Origin: a virus
Taxonomy: Duplodnaviria; Caudoviricetes
Virus record (IMG/VR): IMGVR_UViG_3300034268_000054
Location: 1-53,643 of that record
Reading direction: 5' to 3' (one strand)
DNA length: 53,643 nt
Shown piece by piece: positions 17,695 through 27,856 of the stretch. The translations under genes and the position numbers were made by a program. The notes under the pieces are model-generated. The model was given only the letters and a program-made list of their open reading frames with translations. It was not told the DNA's origin and did not search any database. The stretch's first letter is position 1. The number at the start of each line of letters is the position of its first letter.

Positions 17695-18936
17695 TTATTT
17701 GAAGTGAGTCCGCCGCCTGAGATCCTGCTCGATCCGGTCCCAGGAATACCCCGCGGCGTTAAGACTCATTGCGTGTTCGTAGGCGGGGCCACTTCCGCCA
17801 AGCATCTGCTTCAGTCCGCTCGGCATTGGAGTCGAGCGATTCACGTTGTCTCGCCGCCCGTCGCTCGCATTGTCCTCGGGAGCCTGAATACCGAGCTGCC
17901 GATAAACGTTGCGAGTCGCATCCTCGGCGGCTCGCCGATCTGCATCCGAGTAGTCCGGCTTCGTGAAAGTCGTCTTGCCGTCCTTGTCCTTCGTAATCAG
18001 CTTGAAGGGGTTCTTCTCGTACTCGTCATCGACTTCCTTCCGGTAAAGAGACCGAAGACTCCTTTCCTCGGTTGCGATGTCGTCGCGAACCTTCTCTCGA
18101 TTTCCGAAGGAGTTAAGGTTTCCACCGTTGGCCTTCTCGTTCGCCTGACGCTCCATGATGCCCGTGCGACGCTCCTCGTTCTTGACGCCGCGCTCCTGGA
18201 GCCCGATCCTTCTGTCTTCCTGGTTGGACTGCTTGTTCTGGTCGGGAATCACGCCGGCCTTCATCGCCTCGATCTTCGCCCTCAAGTCCCTCGCCTGCTC
18301 TTCGGGGATATTCGCCCGATCGATAGCCTTGTCGAGCGCCGTCATGGCCTTGTCGTAAGTGCCAGGCGAGACGGCCCAGAGCTTGATGTTGACGAGATCC
18401 TTCTTATCGAGGCCCATTCCTTCGGCCTGCCCTACGATGTCGGAGAGCCCCGCCTTTCTGGCGTTCCACTCTTCGTCTTCGCGATTGTCAGCCTTGTCGC
18501 CTCGCTTGACAGTCGCATCCGAGGCGCGAATCTGAGCGTTAGTCGCATTGATCGACGCCTCAGCCTGACGCTCGGCGAGCTTGTCTTTCGAGCGCTCCCG
18601 TTTCTTTTGATCGAACAGCTCCATCTCGCCGCGGTAGGCTTGCAGAGCTGCCGGCCCGCCCTCGCCGAGCGCGCCCGCAAAATCCCCCTTGCTTGCACCC
18701 TTCAGGAGCGCCGAGCCCAGCATGATCGCCGCGTCCGCCCGAGCCCTCTTTCGAGCCGCGATCTCGTCGGGATCTCCGGCGCCCGGCATCACCGTGGCGT
18801 CCTGAGTTCCCCCGCTACTGAGAAAGTCCAGCAGGCCGCGCTTCTTCTGCGGCTGCTGGACTGGTCCGGCAAAACCGGGGGTCGCGGAAGTGTCACTCCC
18901 GAGGCCCCCGGTCAGAAACATGAACGGATTGAACAC
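17695..18936 (-). CDS. Putative ejection (DNA injection) protein
   Basis: Gly/Ala amphipathic segment plus coiled coil; position. Confidence 0.7.
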   Translation of the reverse strand: MFNPFMFLTGGLGSDTSATPGFAGPVQQPQKKRGLLDFLSSGGTQDATVMPGAGDPDEIAARKRARADAAIMLGSALLKGASKGDFAGALGEGGPAALQAYRGEMELFDQKKRERSKDKLAERQAEASINATNAQIRASDATVKRGDKADNREDEEWNARKAGLSDIVGQAEGMGLDKKDLVNIKLWAVSPGTYDKAMTALDKAIDRANIPEEQARDLRAKIEAMKAGVIPDQNKQSNQEDRRIGLQERGVKNEERRTGIMERQANEKANGGNLNSFGNREKVRDDIATEERSLRSLYRKEVDDEYEKNPFKLITKDKDGKTTFTKPDYSDADRRAAEDATRNVYRQLGIQAPEDNASDGRRDNVNRSTPMPSGLKQMLGGSGPAYEHAMSLNAAGYSWDRIEQDLRRRTHFK

Positions 18937-18942
18937 CGTCGA

Positions 18943-20682
18943 TTACCTCCCGCTCTGGTAACCGTAAGCCGTCAGCGCGCCGCCAGCTCCGCCCATGAGG
19001 GCTGCCGCGGTAGCATTGACATACGGAACGTTTGCGCCCGGATTGACGCCGGTTTGTGTTCCACCCATGCCGCCGATCAGTCCGATCGTCCGCAGGTAGT
19101 CATTGATCTGCTGCTGCGGCAGGTAGTCCTGGTACTTCTGCTTCTCGAAGTTCAAAGCGTTGTTAGCGATCGACCGCTGCGCATTCGAGCTTGCGAGGCT
19201 GCCCTGAAGGCCGGCCATCGCCGAGCCCGCGTTGCCTGCGATGTTGAGACCGTTAAGGCCGATCCCGCTGATATCGCTCACGGAACCCAGCGCCTTGAAT
19301 TGATCGTCGCTGAGCTGCGAGCCCAGGCTCCCCAGGGTGGAGATCCCGAACTCCTGATGCTTCATTAACGCGTTAATGGCATCCAAGTCCTGCCCTCGCC
19401 GAGCGAGGTCCATCTGAGCCGATAGCCCGGCGGAGCTTGCCGCCGAGGACGCCGCGATCCCCTCGCGCTGCGTCGCGTCGTTCATGGAGGCCATGTCCCG
19501 GTTGTTCACCAGCCCGAGCGCGGCCATGGCGCGGTCCAGGGCGCTCTGCCTCTGGCCGACGTAGACGCTGGCGATCTGGCCCTGCAACCCCTCGTCGTAC
19601 TGCTCGTTCGCCAAAGACCGGGCGTCCGCCCAGGCGCCTCCGCCGAAGCGCCCAGAAGCCTCAGAGCGCGCGTCGAGGTCGGCGACCGACCGCTGATGCC
19701 CCTGAAGCGATTCCCGCTTCAGACTCTCGATCATGGCCTGCACGTTGGGATCATCGGCCGGGTTCTTCTTGGCGTTCTCGAAGACTTGCCGGATCTCGGT
19801 CCCGAAGGTTCCGTACCCGGTCGCGTCCGGAACCGCGGAGCCCGCGGCGCCACCCGCGAAGCCGTAGGCGCTCCCTGCCGGCGAGGAGTAGCCTCCGCCC
19901 CCGCCTCCCGAGTACCCGCCGCCAGAAGACCCGCCGGAGCCCGAGGAGCCCCCGTTCTTTTGCCCCGCGCCTCCGCCGTCGTAGTTGCCGCCGAGGAAGC
20001 CCTTCAAGAGGTCGGTGGGCGAATCGAAGCTTGCATTACCCAGCCGATCGGTGAGATCGGCCAGGATGTCGTTCCGGCCGGTGAAGTTGGTGGAGTTGAG
20101 CGTGTCGCGGGTGAACTTAGTGGCGTCGTCAATCATCGGCGACTTGCCGGCATTCAGGCCCTGCTTCGCGACCTCGCTGAGGATTCCGTTCGCACTATTA
20201 AGATTGGGGGCCGGAGTCGCCGGAGCGCCACCGCCACCAGGGTTGCTTCCGCTGTACTGTCGGTACGCCTGCCTCGCGTTCACGCCGAGCTTCATCACCA
20301 GCGATGGATCTGCGGCGAGCTGGGCCGGCGTGTATCCGCCGAACGTCTTGCCGCCAGGGGCCGGAGCAGGCGTGTTTGCTACGGGTTTCGCCGGAACCGG
20401 AGCGGCAGGCTTCGGCTTCGGCGTCACGTTGTTGTTAGCCATATCTCCACTCGAAGGGGTCGGCGCGGGAGGTGGCGCAGCGTTGTTGAACAGCGCCGCC
20501 TGTCGCGCAAGGATTTCTTGGATCGGCCCCTGTAGGGCGTCATTCATGTACGGCAGGTTCGTTCGCGAGAACTCCTGCGGCTGATTTGCCGCCTTCGCCG
20601 CCTTGTTCGAGGCATCGGCCTGTTTCTTCGCCGAATAAGCCGCGGCAGCCGCCGAGACGACAAGGGCTGTAGTTGCAGCCAC
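18943..20682 (-). CDS. Putative ejection/pilot protein
   Basis: Ala-rich N-terminus, Pro- and Gly-rich tracts, SGRFGG motif, Gly/Ala C-terminus. Confidence 0.72.
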   Translation of the reverse strand: MAATTALVVSAAAAAYSAKKQADASNKAAKAANQPQEFSRTNLPYMNDALQGPIQEILARQAALFNNAAPPPAPTPSSGDMANNNVTPKPKPAAPVPAKPVANTPAPAPGGKTFGGYTPAQLAADPSLVMKLGVNARQAYRQYSGSNPGGGGAPATPAPNLNSANGILSEVAKQGLNAGKSPMIDDATKFTRDTLNSTNFTGRNDILADLTDRLGNASFDSPTDLLKGFLGGNYDGGGAGQKNGGSSGSGGSSGGGYSGGGGGGYSSPAGSAYGFAGGAAGSAVPDATGYGTFGTEIRQVFENAKKNPADDPNVQAMIESLKRESLQGHQRSVADLDARSEASGRFGGGAWADARSLANEQYDEGLQGQIASVYVGQRQSALDRAMAALGLVNNRDMASMNDATQREGIAASSAASSAGLSAQMDLARRGQDLDAINALMKHQEFGISTLGSLGSQLSDDQFKALGSVSDISGIGLNGLNIAGNAGSAMAGLQGSLASSNAQRSIANNALNFEKQKYQDYLPQQQINDYLRTIGLIGGMGGTQTGVNPGANVPYVNATAAALMGGAGGALTAYGYQSGR

Positions 20683-20685
20683 GTT

Positions 20686-21315
20686 TTAACTCTCCAATTC
20701 TCCCGATGACCTATCCCGGTCGAAGAAGCACACCCAGGTCAGGCGCCCCTCGCTCTTTTCCTTTCCCCAGGTCTCACGAGGAAAGCGGGAGTGAAATAGA
20801 TTGGTCGGGTAAGCAACGAATCTGTTGGACCTCATGGAAACGAAGCCATTCATGAACCACGCGTCTTCGGTTTGTCCGTCAGCGTTCAAGCTGTCGAAAA
20901 ACGCATCGTCGGCCTCGGCGCCGGTCTGACTCTCGATTACGTGACTCGGCGGCAGGCGGTCCCAACCGTACGAGTTGTGCCGCCAGAAAGCCGTTCCGCT
21001 GAAGGCAGTACAATCGGGGGCCGGTAGATAAAGCACTCCGGCCCAGGCGGCGCCGTCAACCGCCGTATCAGCGTGGATGTAGGTGGTCGTGGTGTCGCCC
21101 GCAAGGCCGAGCCTGAAAAAACTAATCGCCGGACGTACCTTGAATCCGACAGCCTTTTCCACAAGGTTCCAGGGCGCGAAGGCATAGTCCGTTGTGATGC
21201 CGTTGTACTCATGCCCCTTGTATCCTCTCGGGGAAAAGTCGCAGGCCAGGGCGCGCCGCCGCACCGCTTCAGGGTTCTTGAGGAAATTGTCAACGACCAG
21301 GAGGCTAGTTTTCAA
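20686..21315 (-). CDS. 2OG-Fe(II) oxygenase (DUF6445-like)
   Basis: VVDNFLKNPE, IHAD, AGVLYL, GTAFWRH, NRFVAY, FHS, RLTWVCFF. Confidence 0.8.
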   Translation of the reverse strand: MKTSLLVVDNFLKNPEAVRRRALACDFSPRGYKGHEYNGITTDYAFAPWNLVEKAVGFKVRPAISFFRLGLAGDTTTTYIHADTAVDGAAWAGVLYLPAPDCTAFSGTAFWRHNSYGWDRLPPSHVIESQTGAEADDAFFDSLNADGQTEDAWFMNGFVSMRSNRFVAYPTNLFHSRFPRETWGKEKSEGRLTWVCFFDRDRSSGELES

Positions 21316-21763
21316 CGTCGCCTCCTAGATCTTTCCAGTAGTAGGTTTCCAGCGGAACGTATCCCCTCTTCTCGTAGTACCGCTCAAGGCGCTCTGCATT
21401 GATTGACTTGAGATGAACCATGCAAACCCTCTTCGCTCCCGCCGCCGCCGCCCACTCCTCGAATCGACGCAGGAGTCGAAGGTTTTCTATCGAGCGGTCA
21501 GCCGGGTCCGCAAACCAAAACATCTCCATTGCAACCGGGTCCCCTGTGTTGAAGTCGGTGATGCAGACTCCCCCGAAGGCGGCGGTCACGCGATCGTCTT
21601 TGCGAACGATGTGAACTGAGCCTACGCCGGAACCTATCAAGCCATTCCACGCGGCGATGAACGATTGACGATCAAACTTGCCGGGCGCGGAAGCCTCTCG
21701 GAAGAAAGGCTCCCCAAGCTCGGCGACGGCAGGGATATCTGTCAGCGACGCTAACTCGATCAC
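21305..21763 (-). CDS. GNAT-family acetyltransferase-like protein
   Basis: EMFWFADPADRS, LLRRFEEWA, LERYYEKRGY; position before the ejection genes. Confidence 0.8.
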   Translation of the reverse strand: MIELASLTDIPAVAELGEPFFREASAPGKFDRQSFIAAWNGLIGSGVGSVHIVRKDDRVTAAFGGVCITDFNTGDPVAMEMFWFADPADRSIENLRLLRRFEEWAAAAGAKRVCMVHLKSINAERLERYYEKRGYVPLETYYWKDLGGDVEN

Positions 21764-21822
21764 TCAATCCTCCCCTCGAAGCTCGGAAATCTGGGACTTA
21801 CGGTATTGGCCGGAAGGGATCG

Positions 21823-21874
21823 ATTATACCGCTCCGTACCACCGATGTCCTGAATATCTCTCAGCTTTGAAACG
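21823..21874 (-). promoter_or_regulatory. Promoter with upstream dyad (site 4)
   Basis: CGTTTCA-AAGC-TGAGA, 7 nt, AGGACA-17-TATAAT. Confidence 0.65.
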
Positions 21875-21882
21875 CTTTTTTT

Positions 21883-22449
21883 CTACCACTCCCTGGTAGT
21901 CGGGTTGAATCTCAGAATCACCCGGAGGAGGCGCATGGTCTGCGCGTTCGGATCAGCCAAGCCGTCCCGTCCAAGCCGGAAGCTGAGGTAGAGCGTTTGG
22001 GGACGAACGATCATTCTGGGAACGAAGAAGCCTTGCCTTATGGTGTAGGCCGGACTGCACCCGGGGAAATCCTGAGTCGTCGTGGCCGTTGTATTGGTTG
22101 ACACGGAGTCGCCTGCGAAAGTTTGCAGTGTCAGCCTGATATTCGAGCTATCGCCCGTGGCCTGGGTGTACATCACCCAAGTGGTCACGAGTCCGTCAGT
22201 CCAATGGGCGGGCTTATTGACCGCGAACCTACAACGATTTGTCGTGTTGTCGGTTCCGTTCGGAAAGTCAAGGACGGGGCAGTTAATCGTGCCGTCGTCC
22301 GTCAACACAACGTCGCCCTTCGGGAGGATGCCGGTCGCTTCAACCGGAATAGTGTCTAGGTTGGAATCGATTATGTCCCGGAGAGCCCTGGCATTTTGAG
22401 CGTGATGCCTCTCATCCCAGGGTCCCTCGGTTCGATAGTTTGCAGGCAT
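21883..22449 (-). CDS. Putative virion/tail protein
   Basis: Coupled to the nozzle gene; beta-rich. Confidence 0.6.
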   Translation of the reverse strand: MPANYRTEGPWDERHHAQNARALRDIIDSNLDTIPVEATGILPKGDVVLTDDGTINCPVLDFPNGTDNTTNRCRFAVNKPAHWTDGLVTTWVMYTQATGDSSNIRLTLQTFAGDSVSTNTTATTTQDFPGCSPAYTIRQGFFVPRMIVRPQTLYLSFRLGRDGLADPNAQTMRLLRVILRFNPTTREW

Positions 22450-24050
22450 TAGTTCAAGCCCTGCTCGGCGTAGTCGATCTCGAAGCCGTCAAGCTCTACA
22501 GCCTCCGAAGGAAGTTGCTTTCCGTCTATGAAGTCGATGCGGAACTGGTGGAAATTGCCAGAGAAGGATTTAGGGAGGTAGATCCATCCCGCGCCATCGG
22601 TTGCGAACGAAGAGTCTGTCAGCGACGCTCCGAACGGCTCGTTCCGAGTATTCACTGTGACCGTGACCTTGATTCCGCTCGTCCCACTGGCCATCGAATA
22701 AATCGGACGAACTCTCACAATCCGACTCGACTTTCCGGCTATCAGCTCGTAGAAGGCCGTTGTGAAGCGCGGCTTACTAGCGCTGCTGAGCGTCAGCTTC
22801 GCAACGTACTCAGAAACTTCGAGGAAGTTATTCTGATTTACTACCACGATCCCGCGGCCGGGCGTCCACTGTGCGCCGGTATCGGGAACCTGGATAAGCA
22901 TGCGAGCGCCTTCAAGAGGACCGGAGCCCGTATCTGTAATGAAGCTGAATCGACCCTCGGCGAAGTTGTAGATGAGAGTCACTCGGCGCCCGGTGTTCTG
23001 CGTTCTGTAGCACCACCACACCAGGGAGTTGGCTACGTCCGCCGCGCCGTACAGCTCCGCTCTTTCAAGGCCGATCTGAATCGAGACATCCGAGAAGCCT
23101 GTTCCGTTGTCGATCAGCGTGCGAACCATTCCGCTCGCCCCCAGCACCAGCGGGGGGCCTTCCCCTCCGCGCAATACAGTGGGACCGGCCTCTCCCCAAT
23201 AGTACGTATCGTCTCCGACCTGCACGATTGAATTGGGATACCGACAACCGGTTCCGCGAACGACAGTCCGAAATGCGAAGGGCGGACCCTCCATCCGGAC
23301 AACCGCGCGCTCCTTGAAAATCACGGCCCAATCTCCGCCAGAGCTGAGGCCCGTTACGTGACCGAAGCCGTCCTCGATTGGCTGGCGATCGGAATTAGTT
23401 AGCCAGGGCGTAGTTCCCGGCGTTCCAAAGAATCTCGGCGTGTCCGTCCCGGACCACCACACTCCGGTGGGCGTCGTGACTCCGCCTACCGAATAATGTC
23501 CAAGGAGAAGATGATTTCTGATGGAGGAGATGTAACGAGCCTTCGGGTCTGCGGCGCTCGGCGCACCAGTACCCGCGCTAACGGGAGGTGTGGTTAGGTT
23601 CGCCTTGCTGAATTTCGCATCGCCCTCCGTAAAGATCTGAATGTCATCCGCGAAGTTAGTCGCGTAGACACTAGTGCCATAGCTAGTGAACTGCCATCCG
23701 CTGATAGAGTCTGACGGAAATAGGTACGGACCTCCGGCTGCGCGCGTCCTATCCGTTTCCGTGAGCGCGTCGAGATCGACTTCGATCAACTGGTGGGGAG
23801 TCGCCCCCGCCCTGGCGAAGTAGAGCTTGTATTTATCGCCCCCAATCGAATGGGCGTGGCGCCCGCTCTGAAGTAGAGCAATCATTCCGCCCACTCCCAG
23901 GCGCGCAGTAGAAGAGGCAGCAGGAGCGGCGATGTAGTGGTTGAAGATCGGAACGACGTTACTGCATTCGATCAAGGCGCCATTGGCATTGTTGTTGAAC
24001 AGCTTTTGGTCCGGACTCAGCTCGCCGAACGGGATGAAAGTAACCGGCAT
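22449..24050 (-). CDS. Putative tail nozzle / packaged-DNA stabilization protein
   Basis: IPFGELSPD start, beta-propeller-like repeats (VWWS, GCRYPNSIVQVG); follows the adaptor. Confidence 0.72.
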   Translation of the reverse strand: MPVTFIPFGELSPDQKLFNNNANGALIECSNVVPIFNHYIAAPAASSTARLGVGGMIALLQSGRHAHSIGGDKYKLYFARAGATPHQLIEVDLDALTETDRTRAAGGPYLFPSDSISGWQFTSYGTSVYATNFADDIQIFTEGDAKFSKANLTTPPVSAGTGAPSAADPKARYISSIRNHLLLGHYSVGGVTTPTGVWWSGTDTPRFFGTPGTTPWLTNSDRQPIEDGFGHVTGLSSGGDWAVIFKERAVVRMEGPPFAFRTVVRGTGCRYPNSIVQVGDDTYYWGEAGPTVLRGGEGPPLVLGASGMVRTLIDNGTGFSDVSIQIGLERAELYGAADVANSLVWWCYRTQNTGRRVTLIYNFAEGRFSFITDTGSGPLEGARMLIQVPDTGAQWTPGRGIVVVNQNNFLEVSEYVAKLTLSSASKPRFTTAFYELIAGKSSRIVRVRPIYSMASGTSGIKVTVTVNTRNEPFGASLTDSSFATDGAGWIYLPKSFSGNFHQFRIDFIDGKQLPSEAVELDGFEIDYAEQGLN

Positions 24051-24051
24051 C

Positions 24052-24762
24052 TTACAGGTGGCCTCTCAGTCTCCGAGGCGGTCCCTTCTTCTTCGTAGTC
24101 AGTCTCGTCAGCCGATTCTTTTCCTCAAGCCAGTTCCCGAGGGCGGCCTGCGCGTTGGCGGCTGCCCTATCCTCGCCCTGGTAGACTCGCGTCCAGAGGT
24201 AGTAAAGAGCCCGATGGATCGTTAGATCTTTCCCGTCCGTGAACCATTCGTTCGTGAATGCGTCCGTCATGGCGGTGCCATTGGGTTGCTTGAACGACCA
24301 CGTTGTACTGAATGAACTGATCGGAACGCCGAGATCCTTTACGTACCGGAACTTAATCTTGTCCCCGGTGTTAGTTGGGATTGGGAAGAGAAGCAGCTCG
24401 GAGCGGTAGAGAGAATAGAGTTTCGGTCCCGACCTGTCGCCCGCGCCCTCAACTCCTCCAACCCACGCCTCGATCTCGTCCGTAGAGGAGTAGTCGAGAG
24501 GCTGACCCGGGCCAGTTGCCCCAGCGGGCAAGAAGGACGGCCGGCCGATCAATTCAACGAAGTCGGCTGGCAAGGGATAGTTGTAAATTCCGGAAAGCAG
24601 ACCCACTTCGTTCCGACTTTCGTTGAAATAGAAGTGCGAAGTCGAGTTGAACTTGATCGACTCCACCATCGCTCTCATAGCTCGGTCCAACTCAGCCTGC
24701 ACCGAGTTGGGCTTCCGAACCTCATCGATGATTTGCTCCCGGACGGTGCCCCAATTGCTCAC
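24052..24762 (-). CDS. Putative head-tail adaptor
   Basis: YNYPLPADF, PKLYSLY, LLLFPIP; position. Confidence 0.7.
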   Translation of the reverse strand: MSNWGTVREQIIDEVRKPNSVQAELDRAMRAMVESIKFNSTSHFYFNESRNEVGLLSGIYNYPLPADFVELIGRPSFLPAGATGPGQPLDYSSTDEIEAWVGGVEGAGDRSGPKLYSLYRSELLLFPIPTNTGDKIKFRYVKDLGVPISSFSTTWSFKQPNGTAMTDAFTNEWFTDGKDLTIHRALYYLWTRVYQGEDRAAANAQAALGNWLEEKNRLTRLTTKKKGPPRRLRGHL

Positions 24763-24870
24763 GAAAAAGTCTCCAGATACAAAAACGCGCCACGAGCGCC
24801 AGGGTCCGGGAGGAAAACCGAAGCACTCGCAGCGCGATCTTGTTCGTTCTGCGTTTAACTGGTTTACAGC

Positions 24871-25356
24871 TTACGGCCGACGCTTCAGCTCCCCGGCCTC
24901 GGTGTCGCAGGTGTACTCCAGGAACGCCTGGATGCTGCCGGCGGCGGGGGTGGCCGCGACGGCGTTGACGCGGACTTCGATCACCCAGCCTTCGCCCTTC
25001 AGGGCGCCGACCTTCAGATAGTCGCGCCACCCGGTGGTGTTCGCGATCCAGGCATTCGTCACGCCGCCGGCCCGGCCGATCTGCGTGGCGGTGATGAGCG
25101 TGTACTCGGTGCCGCCGTCGTTCTTGGTCAGAACCACGTCCAGAGTCAGCGTCTTCGATGCGTTGGAGTCGAGACTGTCGGTGATGACACCGACGTTCAG
25201 GACCTTGAAGCCCTTCGCGGGGAGTCGGTGAAACTGCACCTTGTCGCCGGTCAGGGTGAGAGTGAAGGTCTGAGTGCGCGAGATTCGCGAAATTACGCCG
25301 TCATGGTCATGAACCGGAACGTCGGCGTAGCTCTGTGCGGTATACGTCGAAGGCAT
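24871..25356 (-). CDS. Putative capsid decoration protein (paralog of 33696..34196)
   Basis: Immediately after the capsid gene, strong codon bias; LDSNASKTLT. Confidence 0.65.
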   Translation of the reverse strand: MPSTYTAQSYADVPVHDHDGVISRISRTQTFTLTLTGDKVQFHRLPAKGFKVLNVGVITDSLDSNASKTLTLDVVLTKNDGGTEYTLITATQIGRAGGVTNAWIANTTGWRDYLKVGALKGEGWVIEVRVNAVAATPAAGSIQAFLEYTCDTEAGELKRRP

Positions 25357-25368
25357 GTCGTCGTCTCC

Positions 25369-26535
25369 TTAGATCGTCGCCCCGGCGTCGATCCACGGCG
25401 CATAGGTCTGCTCCGCCGTGATCTGCCCACCGAAGTCAGCGTAGGTCTGAATGGCGACGACACCGTTTTCACGTTCCGTGGGCTCGCCGGGCTTCTTGTA
25501 CCGCGGCCGGGCCATGCCAACGATCGTGGTGGCGGCGATCTGGCCGATCGCGCCGAAGTCCTCGGTCTCCTTGTCCCACCGATAGCGGTTCAAGCCGTAG
25601 CCCTGCGGGGCAGAGCCGCGACCGTACGCCATGAAGAGGGACTGAGCGCCGCCAACCCAGGCGCAGCGAGTGCCGGCCGCGATCTTGCCGTTGTCGGTGC
25701 GGAGGCACGGAGGAATCCAGTCGCTCTCGAAGAACACGAAGTTGGACCACTCACCGAGGGCGTTAGTGAAGAGGGGGTTGTCGTCGATCCGCCCGCCCTT
25801 CAGCGCGTTCTGCATGGTGGTGAACCAGATCGAGTCGCTCTGCCGGAGGCTGTACACCTGCTCCGGGGACAGGAAGACGCAGAACCGATCACCGCGAGGA
25901 GTCTTCACGGGACGGATGCGCGGACGCATCAGCTTCACGAGGCGACTCGCCTGATTGAGGAGATCCACGTCGAAGTCGTCGGCCGCAGTAAGATCCTCGG
26001 CCTTCGTCTTCCTGTTCGGCCGGATGATGTACGCTGGGTTGAGCGCCTGAATGGTGTTGTGGAAATTGAACACCGGATCGTTCACCGCGGTGAAGCCGGT
26101 GGCGTGCGCATGGGCGACGAAGGCGTGCCGGTTGGCGAACCAATCGGCGAGGCCGTCAGCGCCCTCTTGAAGGGAATCCTCGTGAACGTACTGAGCGACC
26201 ATCTGCGAAGAGGTTTCGACCATGTGTCTCACCACATCAATGAAGATGGTGAACGTACTGGTCTTGTATCCCTCGCCATGCCCCTTCAGAGTCTCGTCGC
26301 CTGCACGGCCCTTGCCCTCAAGCTGGTAGCGCATCTTGGTCTGGATGCTGGCGCCGGGTCCCTTCGCCAAGTCATCCTTGATCTGAATCAGGGACGTGTC
26401 TTCCTTCCCGGTCAGACCACAATCTGGATCAAACAGCGGCTCCCGCGCACGAACCTCACGGCCCAGCGTCCGTTCCCAGACGCTAATTACCTGTGGGTCG
26501 TCAAACGGCAGCCAGTTACCGCCACTCGCGGACAT
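25369..26535 (-). CDS. Major capsid protein (N4-gp56/DUF4043-like)
   Basis: DDLAKGPG, GDETLKGHGE, IDVVRHMV, LSPEQVYSLR, NPLFTNALG; start MSASGG with AGAGG RBS. Confidence 0.85.
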   Translation of the reverse strand: MSASGGNWLPFDDPQVISVWERTLGREVRAREPLFDPDCGLTGKEDTSLIQIKDDLAKGPGASIQTKMRYQLEGKGRAGDETLKGHGEGYKTSTFTIFIDVVRHMVETSSQMVAQYVHEDSLQEGADGLADWFANRHAFVAHAHATGFTAVNDPVFNFHNTIQALNPAYIIRPNRKTKAEDLTAADDFDVDLLNQASRLVKLMRPRIRPVKTPRGDRFCVFLSPEQVYSLRQSDSIWFTTMQNALKGGRIDDNPLFTNALGEWSNFVFFESDWIPPCLRTDNGKIAAGTRCAWVGGAQSLFMAYGRGSAPQGYGLNRYRWDKETEDFGAIGQIAATTIVGMARPRYKKPGEPTERENGVVAIQTYADFGGQITAEQTYAPWIDAGATI

Positions 26536-26844
26536 TAAGGCTTCCTCTTTGAAATAGGTTGAAACTTCACCGAGCAAATCGCTCGAATTAAACGACTAGT
26601 TGATCGATTCGAGTAATGCCCCAGGACGGGACGAACTTTTGATCGGCACTCGAAGCCGCTCTCTTCGCAATGGAAGAGGTTTGGTTACTTCCGGGAATCT
26701 CTGTTGTCGTACAGGTGAACGGCCGCAGGACGGCGAAGTAAAACGCGATGCGCCCGGCCCCTAGCGGCGTTGCTGCCAGAGGGCCGGGCGCTCTCCCGAT
26801 CTCATCGGGGTGGGGTGTAAGAGCCTTGCTCGATTACAGGAGTG

Positions 26845-26897
26845 TTTATAACATAATCGGCCGGATCGATCAAGCGGTTTGTGTCAAACGTGATACG
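26845..26897 (-). promoter_or_regulatory. Capsid promoter with upstream dyad (site 5)
   Basis: CGTATCA-CGTT-TGACA-CAAACCGC-TTGATC-17-TATAAA with extended TG; 17 nt identical to site 3. Confidence 0.75.
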
Positions 26898-26898
26898 T

Positions 26899-27834
26899 TT
26901 ACTTCCGCTTGACCCCCGTCATCTTCAGGATGTCCGTCACCTTCATTCCCTTCATCTCCTTCTCCCACTCGTCCTCCGGGAGCTGAAGCAAGCGACGGGG
27001 GTCCTGCCGGGTGGCGCGAGCCGAGGCCCCCGGCACCGCCGCCAACGTCCGACCACGGCGCTGTTGATCCTTGGCGTCGGCGATCTCTTCCCTTGGGTCG
27101 CGACGCTTGCCGCCTCCCTTGCCGGCGCCTTTGCCGCCGCCCTTGGCTGCCGGCTGCTGCACGCCCTGGCCGGTGAAGCCCCGGCGCAGCGCCATCCGCA
27201 TCACCTGCTCACCAGGGTTCAACCCCTGCTGGTGCCACCGGAGAACCCAGGCCGCGGTTTCCTTGGCGACCGCCCTGTGAATCTCCTCCTCGGTCAGGTC
27301 CGGCCGGAAGTCCCGCAGCTCCTCGATCGAAGAAGCCAGGAGGTGATGAGCCGCAGCGTCGTACAGCTCGGGCGCCTGCTCGCGGTAGGAAGCGATGGAG
27401 CCCTGTGCGGCATGAAACTGCTGGACCACAGTCTGATCCCGTTCACGCTGCGCCCGATCCTCCTCCTCCTTCTGAAGCCGCTTTTCGATCGCCGTCATCT
27501 TCCCGACGAGATGCCCGCCGAGATTCTCGTCAGGGTCCGGGATTTCCTCGTCCTCTCCCTCCGGCACATCCTGCGACCTCTGCTGCCGGCTTAGGATCTC
27601 AACAACCTGCCCGAACCGCCTTTCCAGCACGTCGTAGTTGCGCTGAAGGATTCGATGCTGCGCGGCAATCGCGTTCGGGTTGGGAGCATTCTGCCGGCGT
27701 GCCGGCTGCTCCTCGGACTGCTCCTCGAAGCCCTCACCCTCTTCCTCGCCTTCCAGAAGATCGTCATCGAAGTTCTCTTCCGGCTGATCGAAATCCTCTT
27801 CGAGGCCCATCTCTTCGCCGTCAAACTCAGCCAT
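26899..27834 (-). CDS. Putative scaffolding protein
   Basis: Acidic N-terminus and coiled coils; between portal and capsid. Confidence 0.75.
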   Translation of the reverse strand: MAEFDGEEMGLEEDFDQPEENFDDDLLEGEEEGEGFEEQSEEQPARRQNAPNPNAIAAQHRILQRNYDVLERRFGQVVEILSRQQRSQDVPEGEDEEIPDPDENLGGHLVGKMTAIEKRLQKEEEDRAQRERDQTVVQQFHAAQGSIASYREQAPELYDAAAHHLLASSIEELRDFRPDLTEEEIHRAVAKETAAWVLRWHQQGLNPGEQVMRMALRRGFTGQGVQQPAAKGGGKGAGKGGGKRRDPREEIADAKDQQRRGRTLAAVPGASARATRQDPRRLLQLPEDEWEKEMKGMKVTDILKMTGVKRK

Positions 27835-27856
27835 GCTTACCTATCCTCCCCTTCGG

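Noticed and set aside
13477-19368. Long plus-strand ORFs (13477..15231, 17704..19368)
   Set aside because: Antisense shadows of GC3-biased virion genes, with no motifs
25228-26538. 436-aa plus-strand ORF
   Set aside because: Antisense shadow of the major capsid gene
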